Shown here: positions 9,481 to 23,123 of the stretch, piece by piece | Layout: the number at the start of each line of letters is the position of its first letter | Numbering within the stretch: the stretch's first letter is position 1 | Origin: Takakia lepidozioides | Lineage: Eukaryota; Plantae; Bryophyta | DNA: 64,000 bases | Assembly (NCBI GenBank): GCA_030704615.1 | Contig: CM060731.1 | Span: forward strand, 372,001-436,000 | Direction: 5' to 3' | Position numbers and translations under genes: made by a program | Notes under the pieces: generated by a model | What the model was told of the DNA's origin: nothing | The model's database searches: none | The model's input: only the letters and a program-made list of their open reading frames with translations

Positions 9481-12400
9481 ATGAAGAGAGTGAGGGGAAT
9501 GGAGGATATCAGGGTGAAGAGCACCATGATTATGCAGAAGCAAACAATTGCAGCACCGCAGGCAGTACAGCTGCTCAGGGAGTGGCGATTGGAGGGGCTA
9601 CTATGCAAGGACTGGTCCTTGCATCATCGGCAGTATATGATTCAATTTCTTCAGAACTTTGAGCCTCGGACGGGAGTTACCCAGGTGAGGGGAGTAGACA
9701 TCGAAATTACTCCCCAGTACCTGCAGCAATTGTTTGATTTGCCATAAGGTCATGTGGATGTGGATGAGCACAGGGCAAGATTGCAGATAGAGAATTTGTT
9801 CCAAGAAGGGAGTTTCTTTAAAACTCAAGGTTATGCTTGTACCAAAGCGGAGTACCCAGGGCTTAGGGAAGTTGGCCAAATATTGAACGTTCTGTTTGCC
9901 ATGAAACAGAACCAACAGTATTTGAGCAGGTCATTCACAGAGGAGATCCTGAAAGCTTTGAGGGGAGAGGACGTCGCTTGGGCGGAGTTAATGTACAATG
10001 GACTCGTGGACGAGATGAAGAGGTTGCAGGGCACTGCTGCTAAGTCTCCGATCATTGTGTCTGGTCCAGTCATTGCCCAAATCATTCTTGATTCTTGCAT
10101 ACTTGATACTCGGGAACGTAAGGAGATGGGAGTGTTTGAGGCAGAAATCACTGCAATTGAAGAGCAGGGCTCTTCACATAGTGAAGGTGGACTGGCAGCA
10201 CAACACCAGTCTAAGAGACAAAGGCGGGGTATGACTGTAGTGGCGGATCCACTGGCTTCACGGAAACCGCACGATAATGTTTCTCAAGCTCTTGTGCAAG
10301 ATGGGGCACAACAGCACAGAGAGCTGTTATTATTGGAAGCACATCCTTCGGATAAGGGAAGAGGAAGTCACTTCGATACCACAGCCACCACAACCAATTG
10401 ACTCAGTTGTTTTAGAGGTTCCACAGTTAGTACATGCTGTGACATCACCCCCAATTGCTCTGGAAGGAGAAAGGTTGGACATTCCCACTACAGAGCAGGT
10501 CGTGGCTGAAATTAAGAAGGGTGACCTTCTCTATGAAAACTCTGGCTTGGTAGGGGAATCAGTGGTTCCAGAGGTGCAGTGGTTGTCCAGGGAAAACCCT
10601 GCTGCGCATGTAATACCCACACCTGTGATGGAGGTACCAAAGGTAGCATATCAGGACACTGCAGCACCTGTGGAGGATGAGGTGGTTCAGGAAGAAAATC
10701 CGGTGGGGCAATGGCCTGAATGGTTGGTGAGGCATCACACTATGGAGGATCAGGGAGAACAGCAGCAAGTTCACCATGATGACCCTCAACAGGCCATGCT
10801 TATGGGTTCCATAAGCAGAACACTTAATTTGTTGGGCACTTATGTGAAATCCCATGTTCCATCTACCCAATTGGCAGCTTTGAGGGAGGAACTCAAAAAG
10901 AAGTTTGAGGCTCGAATTGCCACTGGGTGTGCTAACAAGGTCAATGAGGAGGTCAATCTCAAGTTACAGCAAGAGTTGGAGGACACAAAGGCTGCTTTGC
11001 AGTTGGCCAAGGGACATTTGATTGAAACAGGCCTCGCGTAGGACCAATTGCATGAAGCACATAAGCAACAGTTATACCAAATGCAGGTGAAGCATGAGGG
11101 CAAGTTGCAAGAAGTGAATGTACTACATACAGAGTTGTAGGCAGTACATGAGAAGATGACCATACAATGTGCTACACTCACAACTACTCTTGAGCAAACT
11201 GCATTAGAAGTTAACAGACAAGGGGAGAGATGCATGAAGGCAGAAGCAGAGATAGTAGAGCAAGCGAAACTCATTGTTGATATGAAGAATACAATCTGTC
11301 GCAATGAGAATACTTTCAAACAATACATACAAGTTGAGGCTGACCAGGAGAGGTATATCCTGGAGTTGCAACAAACAGTCATGGTCAATAGAAATGAACT
11401 CTCTGTGGCTAACAAGGTTTGGAAGGAAGCCGATAATCTGGCTGCTGCCTATGCGAGTTTGGTTGAACCTCATGCGAAGCGCATGGAGGCTTTACAACAG
11501 CAGTTAGATGTGTACAGACTCACAGAGGAGCAGACTCTTAGGGGTGCCACACACGACTTGGTGGATAAACACCTTATGCAGGTCTGGTTAACACAAGGGC
11601 CAGTGGAAGGTAAAACACCACGGAAGCTCACCCAAGGCGTCATGAATGAGCTTAGACTGCAGGTGCAGAACATTGCCACAACTACTATAGACAATGTTTA
11701 TAGTAGGATAGCGGGGCTACAGGAGGATGTAGAAGGCCTGCAGACTCAGGTGGATGACCTGAGTTCAAATATTGACAAGAGAGTCTTTGTACCTGAGGAG
11801 CAGCTGATAGCTACTTATTTACATGCCAGGACTCTAATTTTTCAGTCTTCTTCGCAAGGGATGCAGGAGATGCCAGTGGTAGAAGGGCCAGTGGTACCAA
11901 TACCACAGCAAGTGACTGTACAGGTAGCTAACCTTGTTGTTACTACAGCCACACCACACCCTGAGGTATGGGGGGATGCTGCTTTTAACCCACCTAAGAC
12001 TCCTGCTGCACGGGAGTACAGTCGGGCTATGATTATGCCCTTCAACCAAATTCCCATTGTGTTGGATTTGGCTTGGAAGGAATTTAGTCCTCCGCAATCA
12101 TTGGCACATTACTACCAGATCATGCGCATTTGGCTGCCTGTGGCAACTAGGACAAAGGTTCTTCCAAACAATCGACCCATTGAGGATCATCACTTTGCGA
12201 GGTACTGGTCTGAAGCAGGTACCATGTTGAAGGAATTAATTGCCTTCCAAGTTGTACATGGGTACATTTATACCAAGACCAAGGAGGTATCAAGTATTGT
12301 CATGGGCTGTGGATTATACTATGCTGCTTGTTTTCTGGCACGTTATCACATTGAGCAGCAGAGGATGCAATCCCGATTTCTGAGTTATTCCAGTGGGGAT

Positions 12401-13030
12401 CATTGGGTCTTACCTTCAGTGCCACCTCATATGTACCTATATGATGCAAAAGTTATGATGCAGAAGGATTCCCAACTTCGTTCATGGTTTCATTCAGCTT
12501 GGAACAATTTGGCAACACAGAAATTCGGCCCTGAGGATATTTTCTTTAAGGGACATGAGGCATGGAAATACTTACATTGTTCCAAAGTCATTGGCACACC
12601 TCTTACCTATACAGATAAGGAGATGAGGACGTTCACTAATTTTGCTTGCCAGCGCTTACAGCAAGTTGTACAATTTAAACTTCCAGATATGGTTGGACCA
12701 CATTGTATGCCACACAGGATTCCACTTAAGGTTCGGCCATTAAAACACCTAAGAGGAGACGAGGATTCTGATACTACTGTTTCTTCAGCGGACTCTTTTG
12801 ACATGGCACAGGACTATGCACTTCAGATGGCAGAGAAGAAACGACGGGGATCTCCTATGCCTGAGAGGTTACCTCGTTATCAGCCAAAGGAGGGACTGAC
12901 ATTTCCAGGTAGTACTCAATCATCTCCGTCAACCAGTGACAGGACTCGGGCTCGCACACGGAGTCCTTCACAAGACTCTCACCGGCAGAAGGGTGCTCGC
13001 TCACAAAGGTTTGCTAATCCCAAACAGTAA
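9481..13030 (+). pseudogene. G1 additional post-pol ORF (plant mobile-element-type N-terminus, coiled coil, conserved C-terminal domain)
   Basis: ORFs 9481-9747, 9754-10401, 10277-11041 and 11156-13030 are broken by stops and a frameshift. Homologous along its length to 56043-59600. Confidence 0.8.
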
Positions 13031-13069
13031 ACTGTGAGGACACGGCTTTTTGAGAGGGGGAGGGGTAAA

Positions 13070-13983
13070 TGTTAGAGGGCTTCTTGGGACTTAGATGCTT
13101 TTACGGGTTTTGTGGGGTACCCTTAATTTTTTGTGCAGACTGAGACCAACAGGAGCCTTAGGGGTGGCAACAGCAGGCTTTAGGGGGGTTATACAGCCCG
13201 ACACAACCAGTCACAGCCCACAGCCCGACATAGCCCACACAGCCCACACAGCCCGACACAGCTTTACACAGCCAGTCACAGCTTCACACAGCCCGGCACA
13301 GCCTAACACAGCCAGTCACAGTTCGGCACAGCTTGACACAGTCTGTCACAGTACATAGGGAACAGTTATCATTGACAGGGAACGACTGTGAGGGAATGAC
13401 ATCTGCAGAGGGAACGGGTTACTTCAGGGATGACGGTTAGTTAGTTAGGTGGTTAGAACAGCTTGGGGGTAGATAAAGAGAGCGGCAACGAAAAGAAAGG
13501 GACTTGACGGGGAGCGCTTCTGGGTCATGAATGGGAGGAGATCAGGCGGAGAGGAGGAACGAGAGCACGGAGAAGCAGGAGAGATGAACAGTAGATGCTT
13601 GTTACATACAAAGCTGTAGTGATACTGTAGGGGAGATGAGTGTCACCATGGCATTGGCCTGATAACTGATAAATCATAATCTGATACTTATTCGATACAA
13701 TCGCACTGTGTAGAGAGACATGAGTGAAGCTGTGGAATGAATGCATGATTTACTGGAATTTAGTAGATACTGAGGCAATCTGATGCTTCAGTATACATGG
13801 TAAGGTAAATTGATAACATGAAGGCGAGAAGGAATACAAATAGGAAGCACAACCATGATACACTAGCTGCAGGTCATGACTGATTGTTCTGAGCGGGCTG
13901 AGTGCTTAGAGATATCCAACTCTTCTATCTTGGAGTCTCCACCTCGGATAGCGAAGGGATGGGTGAGCAAAAACCGTTTGACA
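13070..13983 (+). repeat. G1 3' LTR
   Basis: Begins TGTTAGAGG after the PPT, ends TTGACA, contains CACAGCC micro-repeats, and is homologous to 59639-60569. Confidence 0.9.
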
Positions 13984-16654
13984 GCCACCCTCAAGAATGA
14001 CTTGTATTTGGTTTGCTGCTGGAGAGCACGGATCAGGTCATCGGCAATGGCCGCATACAAATCTCTTCCCTTTTTGCCGGATTGCTGCAACCAGACATTG
14101 TGCACTGTCTCCACTAGATTGCAAGAAGGCATGTCTGCCATCTCCTCAATGGACATATGCTGCAAGGTGCAAAAACACAAAGCCGATATTAGGATTGGGA
14201 CTCTGAAAGACATATCTGAAGCACCGAAAAGAAGATGAATGCAAACCGCTCACCGTTGTCATAGCAGCTCCCCACTGTCGGTAATGGAAGTGCCAAAATG
14301 CAAACCAGTCTTCCAGTGCCCTCATGATGTCTTCCGATGCCGCTCCAGATGAGTACCACCAGGCACAAATTGTCTGGAACAATGTATTCGCTTCCCCCAT
14401 AGTTTTGGCGTCTTTGTACTGTTTGCACAGTTGACGATGCATACTCTGCATATCCGGCTTGATGTCTGCCTTTGTGTGTTTTTCCAGGGATTGTGTCCAA
14501 TGGAAAAGACACGTACGTTCTCTTCCAGGCATTGGCACTTTTGGATCTCCCGTCTTGAACACAATGTGGACAACGTTGAAATTCGCTTGAGCACTGTCGG
14601 CCATGAAACCAACAAAATTTGGAGATGGGAGACCATAGGAGGCCATAACGCGAATGAGAGCTTCCCACATGAGCTGTTGTGATTCTGTGTCCTCTGACTG
14701 CATGTCACACACTGCAATTGTCATGACACGCAGATACACAGGGTCGTAAACATGACATGCTATTGTGGTCCAGTCTTTAACCCTCTTCACGTGATCGAAC
14801 TTAAGGAAGCAGTTGCCAAGATTGCCACCCTTCTGCATACGTTGAACCAGGCTGACTCCGTTGCCCTCACCTTTTGTGGACATTTTAAACAGGAATATTG
14901 TCCTGACTCCTTGTCCCGGTAAAACGCTGTCTTGGATGTAGTCGTACATGCTCCTTTTCTTCAAATCCATAATATTGTCCATATAACCTCGGCTCCCAGA
15001 GCCCATTCTCAAAGCGTTCACTTGATTCCTAATGTTTGGAGAAGTCAATGTCGAGAAATGGTCCATAACAATGTCCAAAGCTGGTCCCTCCAGTTTTCCT
15101 CCAACTGAATCTGTATGTCGCGGCCTTTTGCCTTGAGGGCGGGGGTCGGGACACAAGAGGGGCTGCCCCTATGGTGGGGGCAGTGGCAACAATAGGTACG
15201 GGGGGCTGAAGCACCCTTGAGTGCCCAAGGCACTCAAGGAGGCAGAGGCGCTCACTAGGTGGAGCCCCGCACACCGGGTTGCGGTGGGGGTGGTTCCACG
15301 AGGGGTGGTGGTAGCTTAGTGGGTCTTAGTGGGGGTGGCATAGGACTCACTGGAGGAACGAAGGGGGACCATTATGTCCCGGTGAGCAGCCGAAGCTCCG
15401 AGTTGGCCCGACGGCCAGTTTGGGAGTTAGGCGTGCGCATCAAAGCGAGTAGCTATGACTTGAAGGGGAGCTTACCGAAGTGAGGTGCGCGACACTGACG
15501 CACATAGAATACGACTTTCCAGAAAGGACTTGCTCGCCCCCATGGCAATTGCAGAAGTGGTTCCAGTTGGATTGGTATCCAACTCTTCCCTTATCAGTCT
15601 CAATGCTCTCTCTGTAATCCCCCTTGGACACAGGGTGGTTGTGAAAACCAAAATGGACACAAGCTCTAGTCAGGGTTTTGAATCGATGCACCACATAGTA
15701 CATTCTGGCGCCACACAATGCAAGGCAGCGAGGTGGTAGCCTACAAAACTTGCACACAAAAGTGTTACTGTATGGTGGTGTCACCCCAGGCTTGAATGGA
15801 TTCTCAGTGACACCATCCCATTCACTTTGGTTTTGCACACCTGACAGTGCGAAGTGTCTGCATTTCATGTTCTCGCATTTGAGGTGCCCATTACAGACTG
15901 TGCTCCTGAATATGAGGTTGTCATGGTTGTGAATATTGGAGGTTTTTGTGTGGCACCAAGGGTGTCCATCATGCCTTTTGTCCATTCCTTCCATGAGACT
16001 GGAAATGCCCCCCACTCGACCTGGAGGAGGCAGCTCGAAAACAATATTACCATCAAATGATTCCGGCAAGAATGCCAAATGCTGAACATTGAAAGTGCTC
16101 CAGTTAATCCCCCTCAACTCACTCTTGAATCCTGCCATCCCACCCATGGCTTTCAGTTTGGGAATGACACTGGCGATCTCCTCCACATCTGCTTCATGAT
16201 CTGGACATGGCTGATCCACGGGCAGTATTTCACAGGCGTCCTTGGAAGAGGAGTCCGAAAGCTCCACAACAGTGTTAACGTTACTTGACTCCTTCTCGAC
16301 AACCATGGGTGTTTTCTCTTGGGCCACTGATGCTGCCGTTCCAGGAGTAAGGAACGATCCTGCAGACTGTCGTCGAGGAGCACTGAGCACCCTGTATCTA
16401 CCTTGAGGCACTCTCCATTGTGTGGTTTGTGCAGTCTGCGAAGGTTTATGGAAGGTGTACTTGAGCAAATTTCCATTGGCATCGTACACTTCCCTCTCAA
16501 GGAATAGAGTGCCATTCTCCAACCGAAACTGCGTTGCGAGCACGTGTTCATGCACCACCGCAAAACCATCATCATCCACCTCGTATGAAAATGGCACAGG
16601 GTGGTCCTCGCTGAAGAAGTCCGCGTCAAGGGAGCCCATGGCCTGGGAGGCCAT
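13984..16654 (-). pseudogene. GCM-domain MULE-like transposase (copy B), 3'-truncated and interrupted by a solo LTR
   Basis: DGHPWCHTK...C.GHLKC...CKFC...C...HFGFHNHP (GCM-like). FDHVKR, GFMADSAQAN, CLFH, WFAFWH and NLVETVH form the D-D-CxxH-E core. Confidence 0.82.
15116..15494 (+). mobile_element. 379-bp solo LTR related to chromovirus G2
   Basis: Termini TGTCGCG...CGCGACA. Homologous to the reverse complement of 21494-22219 with an internal deletion. Flanks CTGTA/CTGAC are a degenerate 5-bp TSD; removing the insert plus 5 bp restores the host frame (ILCASDSVGG). Confidence 0.8.
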
Positions 16655-16959
16655 CTGTCAATGTTGCTTCAAAGCGCACAGTTCAGAGTCCAATGTGAGT
16701 GCAGGCTGTACTAGAGTGGAATTTCTGGGCTGTATATAAGACGTCCTTACACACAATTGTAGGTGTCGCTTTCGCATGCAGGTCTTCAAATGCGGATCGG
16801 TACATCAAACAAATGTGTGGACGTGCGAAGCAAGTGTATGGTCAGAGAGTGCCCAAATGCGGAGTGGATAATGTCAGCCCAAATGAAAGAATCCAACTGT
16901 TTTTCCACATGTGCCCCCAGTGTCTTGAACATCGAATCCCGCAATTTTGTGGCCTGTAA

Positions 16960-18180
16960 AGGGAGAGCAAGTTGGATACCAACACTGGTATATGTGATAG
17001 CGTTGCTATCCATTAAACGAGTGGAGTTTGAAGGCTGGGAGGAACGGAAAGTGAATGTTTTTACTCATATACATGAAGAGCTTGTACTGGTAAAGAATTG
17101 GATTCCCAAGGATATCTTGTGGATCAAACTTACACCAAGAACAACTTTTCAGACCTGTTTGCCATATGGTTATATGGTAACGGAGCCTTCTAGTCTAGCC
17201 AAGGGTACATTAAAGCTTGAAAGAAATCCAAGCATATACGAGAGATACTACAAGAGAGAGTTTTGGTTATTACCTCATCAAAGACGTGAAAGATATGGGT
17301 CATGAGTGATGAAAGGGAAGCTAGACTCCACAGATATTCAGCAAAAAGGGAAAGCTATTTAAAAGCTAATTATCCGTATCTTTGGCAGAAGGGTGATAGT
17401 TACCAGAAGTAAGGCTAAAATATTACCTCCAGTGGATGAGGAGGAAGATGTGAATGAAGATGGCAGTGATGTGCCTGAAGATGATGAGGCATGGAGAGAT
17501 GAGAAGGAACTGCACAAGGAAGTGGCAGAAGCTATAAGGAAATGCAGAAGGAGACAAATATCCCTATAGTAGAGTCAACAGACTCTGAAGAAGAAAATGA
17601 TGAAGGTGAAGATGAAGTGAAGCAAGATGCTTCACAGGTTCAAGATAATGAAGGGGCTTTGGCTGAAGTGATATGCCAGTCCAAAGCCGAGATTACAATT
17701 GGACAGCTATTGGCTGTGGCACCCCGTTGTAGACACGGGCTGTATCAAACAATCAATCAGATTGCTTATGTGACAGAGAATACAGAACCTGAACAGCAAG
17801 GTGACAAGTTATAATGTGAAGCCTGAAGGGCAAGAAACTGTCATGGACTTTGATGATTCCATGCCAGTAATCCAATTGAGAATTGGAAGCACAGACCTGA
17901 TGGACGTACTAATAGATGGAGGCTCGGGAGTGAATATCATGACAGACCAATTAATGCAGAAGCTTGGTCTGAGTGACATGAGACCAACCCCATTCACAGT
18001 AACAATGGCAGATCAAAGAAGTGTACAGCCATTGGGCTTGATAAGAGGAGTAAGAATACAGATTCAGAAGTTGGTCTTTAAGATCACTGTGACTTTATTG
18101 AAAATGGATGATGTCATGGAAGCTTATTCCTTACTGTTGGGACGACCATGGCTGAAACAAGCCAAGGTATTTCATGACTG
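16960..18180 (+). pseudogene. Gypsy gag/aspartic protease fragment (probably G1)
   Basis: VLIDGGSGVNIM...LLLGRPWL retropepsin at 17801-18181. The upstream part is homologous to 38896-39546 (-). Confidence 0.75.
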
Positions 18181-18259
18181 ACATTGGCAATGTAAAACAT
18201 AAAACATAGGGGTTTCCTAGAAAAATTCACACTGAAAACAAACAAATGTCAAGATGCTT

Positions 18260-19150
18260 ACCGTGTACATGTAGTTAAGAAAAGCCTCCCTTGTCAAGCT
18301 GTACCATGTGTTTGTCTTCTTTTCAGCACACCTCTTTATCTGCTGAGGACTGAGCACGTTCGTAAAGGACTCCAGTGGCATCAACCCTATCTTCTGGATA
18401 CGGAGAAGAGTGTGGCAGAGTCGTCACATGGGAGGTTTCATTCTACCTGCGAAAAACCTTGAACTTATAAGACGATTGCCAATTGTGAAAGCGCAAATCG
18501 GGTGCAAATAAGGTATACCTTACTGGTTTATGTCATGCATGGCTGTCAAAAGGTACGTGACACGTCCTTTGTGATCGAGCACCATGGAAACCACGCTCCA
18601 GTGCCACTCGATCTCGTTTGAGTGCAAGCTTGTAATGTAATCCATCCAGGCAAGCAGTCCATGGTTCCCGTCCCAGACAAACAACATCTTTCCCATAAAC
18701 GCTTTTGTAGAGGCCTTTTTGGACAGCTTGGCCTCGAACTCCCTGTTCACTTCCCGCCAGCATGCACCCCAACTTTTCTTGATGTTCTCTGTTACAAGAC
18801 ACTCCTCTCCTTTCGTGTTTGTTGTGGATACATAGAACACTACAGATCCCTTAACATAGCCTTGAACAAAATCGTTCTTCAACTTCGTGATGTCGTTTCT
18901 CAATGCGGGTCGAACAGCGGGCATAGAAATCATCCTGCATAGTGGGATATCGAGGTTGCCTCCTTGAACCTCCATCAACAAAATCACCTTTGAGGAGTTC
19001 ACTTTCTGCCCCCCCCATTATCTCCTCGACCTTGTCTTCATAGTGTTCGTCAAATGCGTCTTCCTCACCATCACCTTCTGCCACGGCCCCATCTCCACCC
19101 GCGGCTTTCCTTTTTCTTTGCCTCTGCAGAGAATGAATATCCCTGTGAGT
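18260..19150 (-). pseudogene. ParB-like accessory gene, 5' part (copy B), truncated
   Basis: ORF 18520-19002 (IPLCRMISMPAVRPAL...FVWDGNHGLLAW) is homologous to 1945-2361, with an intron at the same position. The next exon (KTNTWYSLT) matches KTDRTWYRLT. Confidence 0.78.
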
Positions 19151-19186
19151 GACTAGCTGCCTAAACAGACAGATCAAGCTCCCATA

Positions 19187-19610
19187 AATCAACCTTGCGT
19201 TGACGCAAGGTTGATTGATGGGGTTGCAGCATAGTCCGAAATGCGTCCCGGAACCCTCTGCTGAACCCACGAAATGCCTTGCGTTGACGCAAGGTTGTTT
19301 TGGGGGGTTCAAGCAATCTACTTCCCCTACCTTGCGCTTCATGAAACTGGATTTCAGAGGCTGCGAATGCACATAAGAGGCACCCAAATCAACCTCGCGT
19401 CAACGCAAGGTTGATTCGAGGGCTACATACGTTTGGTTTCGTACCCAAAACAGACACCTTGGAGCTCAGATATGGACCTTGCGTTGACGCAACCTTCTTT
19501 TCCTCTGATATTTGGTCTGTGCTTCAAATCTGGGCTGCACGACCTGCATGACCTCTTCTATTTATTCTAGTGAGGTCGACATCAACCTCGCGTTGACGCA
19601 AGGTTGATGT
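19187..19610. repeat. Array of palindrome AACCT(T/C)GCGT(T/C)(G/A)ACGCAAGGTT (MULE subfamily 3 motif)
   Basis: Five copies near 19187, 19277, 19387, 19477 and 19581, at ~100-bp spacing, upstream of the ParB-like gene. Confidence 0.88.
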
Positions 19611-19749
19611 GGGGCTCCCGGTTCCGCATTGAACAGAAAGAAAAAGCAAAAGGCAAATGAGGGTTGATTACAACCTCTGGTTTCTTCTTCACAGCACTTG
19701 ATGATGCTTCAGCAATGTTCGTCTTTTCCATGGGGTCTGGAGGCCGCAT

Positions 19750-21493
19750 TGGGGGCTGCTATTGAAAATATACTCTCAATGCGTCCGTCCTTGCGCCACT
19801 ATGTGAGAAGTAAAGCGAGTGTATAATCCGTTACATCTGCCATAGCTACAAGGCTAGTGTTTTGATTGCCCCTTCCATCGAGACCTTGGCTATTCAGAGC
19901 CACTCCGACTCTTCCGCTCATAACACTTCCCATTTCTTGTTCTTGTTTCTTGGAGGGAACCACCTGCATATAATTCTCACTCCTGATTGGCTGTGGACTG
20001 CTTAGATAATTCCTTAATTCCACCCCCCTCCATGGACATTTCCACCTGGAATGTCCGGTAGGACAGCACATGTGGCATAGGTTTCCCTTTTCTGAACTCG
20101 AAAAGGGTTCCGTTACCCTGGCACTGAATGCATTAATGGGCCCACAATTCGTATTAGCTGTTGTACCGGGTAGGTACTTTGACGGCCCTATTTGTCCTCT
20201 TGCATGATGAAACCCACTTTTGCAATCGATGCAGTGCGGTATGCTTTGCCTTTGTGGCCACGTGTCCGTTTCTAAACATGCCCCCGACTTCCCCTCTCCG
20301 CGTGGCACATTCTCCAAGTTTGACTTCCAAACCTCCTCTTCACTCCATGGCCACTTTTCTAATGTTAATTCACGTCCACCTGTCACTGACCCTATGGACT
20401 GTGTAATCTGTATGGGTTGTGTTGGGCTGTGACAGGCTGTGTGGCACTGTGGTGGGCTGTGATAGGCTGTGTCACGCTGTGATGGGTTGTGATAGGCTGT
20501 GTGACATTGTGATGGGCTGTGATAGGCTGTGTGACACTTGTACTTCCCGCCCTGGTCATATACGTTCGGCTTAGCAACAAGTGCTAAGTGCTCCATACTC
20601 CGTTGGTATCACTGGCGCAGCCCGTGACTGTTTTTGCGTTTCAACATGCAAATCATGTTGCAATGGTTTGTCATGTATACCACTGTACCCCTTCAACTTA
20701 TTGGCATTGACTCTTCCCAGCATCTCTTTGTTAATGGTTTGTAACATGGCGGTGTTGTTATCATACATCTTCTTTATGACATAAGGTCCTTTCCATGGTG
20801 ATTTAAGCTTAGAAGCTTTAATCTTCCCCTTCTTCTGCAACCAGAGAACCAAATCTCCCGTCTTAAAAGTCTTTAATTTGCCTTCATCAAACTGTTCCTT
20901 CCTCTTCATCTGAATTCTGGTCATGTTATCAGCTGCATCAGCACGTACTTCTTCCACATGGTATAATTCATGTTTCCTGATCTTAATTGAATCTTCCAAT
21001 TCCATTGTCTTTCCCCATTCAGTTCTCATGGTAGGTAACAAGAATTCCACTCGAAGGAAAGCTTCCATACCATAAACTAATTGGAATGGTGTATACTTAG
21101 TGGTGACTTTATATGAAGTCCTGTATGACCACAAAGCTGTCAGCAGCTTTGTATCCCAATCCGTTCTGTTTGCATTGACTATCTTAGCCAAGATAGTACA
21201 TAATATTTTGTTGGTAGCCTCTGCCTGCCCATTACCCTGTGGGTAATAAGTTGTACTCTTCCTATGCACAATCATGAACTCTTTAGTCAATAGTTCAATG
21301 GTCTCATTAATGAAGTGACTTCCCTGGTCAATGATAAATTCCAGGGGACAGCCAAATCGTGTAAGTATGTTATCATACAGGAACCTTGCTGTGGACTTGG
21401 CTGTGTTGTCCCTCAGAGCTTTAGCTTCCACCCACTTCATAGTATAATCAGTGGCTGTAATTATGTACTTGTTCTGTGTATTCTTGGCTGGTG
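19750..21493 (-). pseudogene. G1 integrase fragment and downstream 30-bp repeat region
   Basis: ORF 20571-21503 (ITATDY..KWVEA, DQGSHF, PQGNGQAEATN) is near-identical to 53989-55533. Confidence 0.9.
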
Positions 21494-22219
21494 TGTCGCG
21501 CACCTCACTTTGGTAAGCTCTCTCCTCAAGTCATAGTTACTCGCTTGATGCGTGCGCCTAATTCCCAACCTGGCCGCCGGGCCAACTTGGAGCTCCGGCA
21601 GCTCACCGGGGCATAACGGTCCCCCCTTTGATCTCCCAAAGAACCCTCCAACGATTTCAAACCAGCGGAATTCCCTTAGGTAGTTGGCAGTCCGGAACAG
21701 CTCCCCACTCTTTGGTCGCTTTCCGGCTCGCTCGCTTACTCACTAGTTTTTGGTCACCAACGGGCTTGCACCGTTCTCGGGGTTACTACTCCCTATATAT
21801 ACTTCTGTAGCTGTCCGCGGGGGTTTCACAACCAGCCATGCCATTTTATGGCGAACCACCACGAAGACCCTCGATTCCCGGTGGTGAGTCGCGGTGAGTC
21901 TTGGCCCACTCACCGCGGCCCCAATGGACCGTGATGAGTCCCAAGACTCCCCACGACTCCCACCTTGAGGTCTCCACCCCATGGTGAGTCCTATGCCACC
22001 CCCACTAAGTCCCGCTAAGCTACCACCACCCCTTGTGGAGCCACCCCCACCGCAACCCGGTGTGCGGGGTTCCACCTAGTGAGCGCCACCGCCTCCTTGA
22101 GTGCCTTGGGCACTCAAGGGTGCTTCAGCCCCTGTACCTATCGCTGCTACTGCCCCCACCACAGGGGCAGCCCCTCTTGTGTCCCGACCCCCCTGCCCTC
22201 AAGGCAAAGGGCCGCGACA
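21494..22219 (-). repeat. G2 3' LTR
   Basis: Terminal inverted repeat TGTCGCG/CGCGACA. Preceded on the minus strand by the purine-rich GGTAGGGGTGTG. Same ends as the solo LTR at 15116-15494. Confidence 0.8.
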
Positions 22220-23123
22220 CACACCCCTACCAACAGGGAGTCGATGTCCTCATCGACTTGTCCATTTTGTAGAAACGAACATCCAAGTTGTGGCGTCCCA
22301 CATCAAGGAGTTTGTTTCCGTACCATGGCGTCCCATGGCAAAGAACCAAACCCCACACTTGACTCTACTCTCCACTAGCTAGTTCGGCCGACTTCCTCCA
22401 AGTCCCGGCCAAGGGTGGAGCCTCTCCAGCTCCTCCCAGTGCACTCTTCTTGGCCTACTTCAAGGCCAAGGAACGATCCTCCCCGAGGATCGAATCGCCT
22501 TACTGCAACAACATTGCTTGCGACCGCTCATGATGCCGCTTTTGGCATCACCTTGAGCAAGGGTTCCCTGGAACCCTCTTTGACTAGGAAGATAACCTTG
22601 AACCAACCGTGCGCCCCAATCACTACAATTGGGTCCGCCTTGGAATGCTGGCCTGAGGTACGGGAACACGCCGAAGCCGCACTACGACTTCGTCCTGAGG
22701 CTACACGATTATAGTACGTGAACGGAAGCACGTAGCTTCCGCGTTAGCCCGCACTACAAGGCAACCCCCTCGGTAGCGCAGTTATAGTACGCACACGCGC
22801 CAGGTGCGCACTAGCACGTGAACTCCCAAAGAAGGCGCAAGTTTCCTTGCCCCTTGGATGGGGGTCACCCGATTTCGGCACTACGCAAACACACAATTAA
22901 CCCAATTTACCTCTCCCACTTTTATAAGCTAGCATGCATTCTACACACTAGCCAACCACACCATGCATCACCATTCCAAACAAAATAGGACGCACAACAT
23001 TTGGAATCCATTTCATTTATAGCACGTTTTGTACAATACAAGTTTTTGCAATCAGATTCCTAAGCTAGCTAAGCCGGGCTAAGCATGCATTCCCTCCCCC
23101 ACGCTCCAAGGTTGATGTCCCCA

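Larger units (their letters stand above)
9350..13983 (+). mobile_element. 3' part of Ty3/Gypsy family G1 (extra ORF, PPT, 3' LTR)
   Basis: Colinear with 55915-60569. PPT GAGAGGGGGAGGGG at ~13052-13065. LTR runs TG...CA. Confidence 0.88.

Noticed and set aside
21494-23089. 1.6-kb G2 LTR
   Set aside because: The terminal inverted repeat and the solo LTR both place the boundary at 22219; kept only as a finding.
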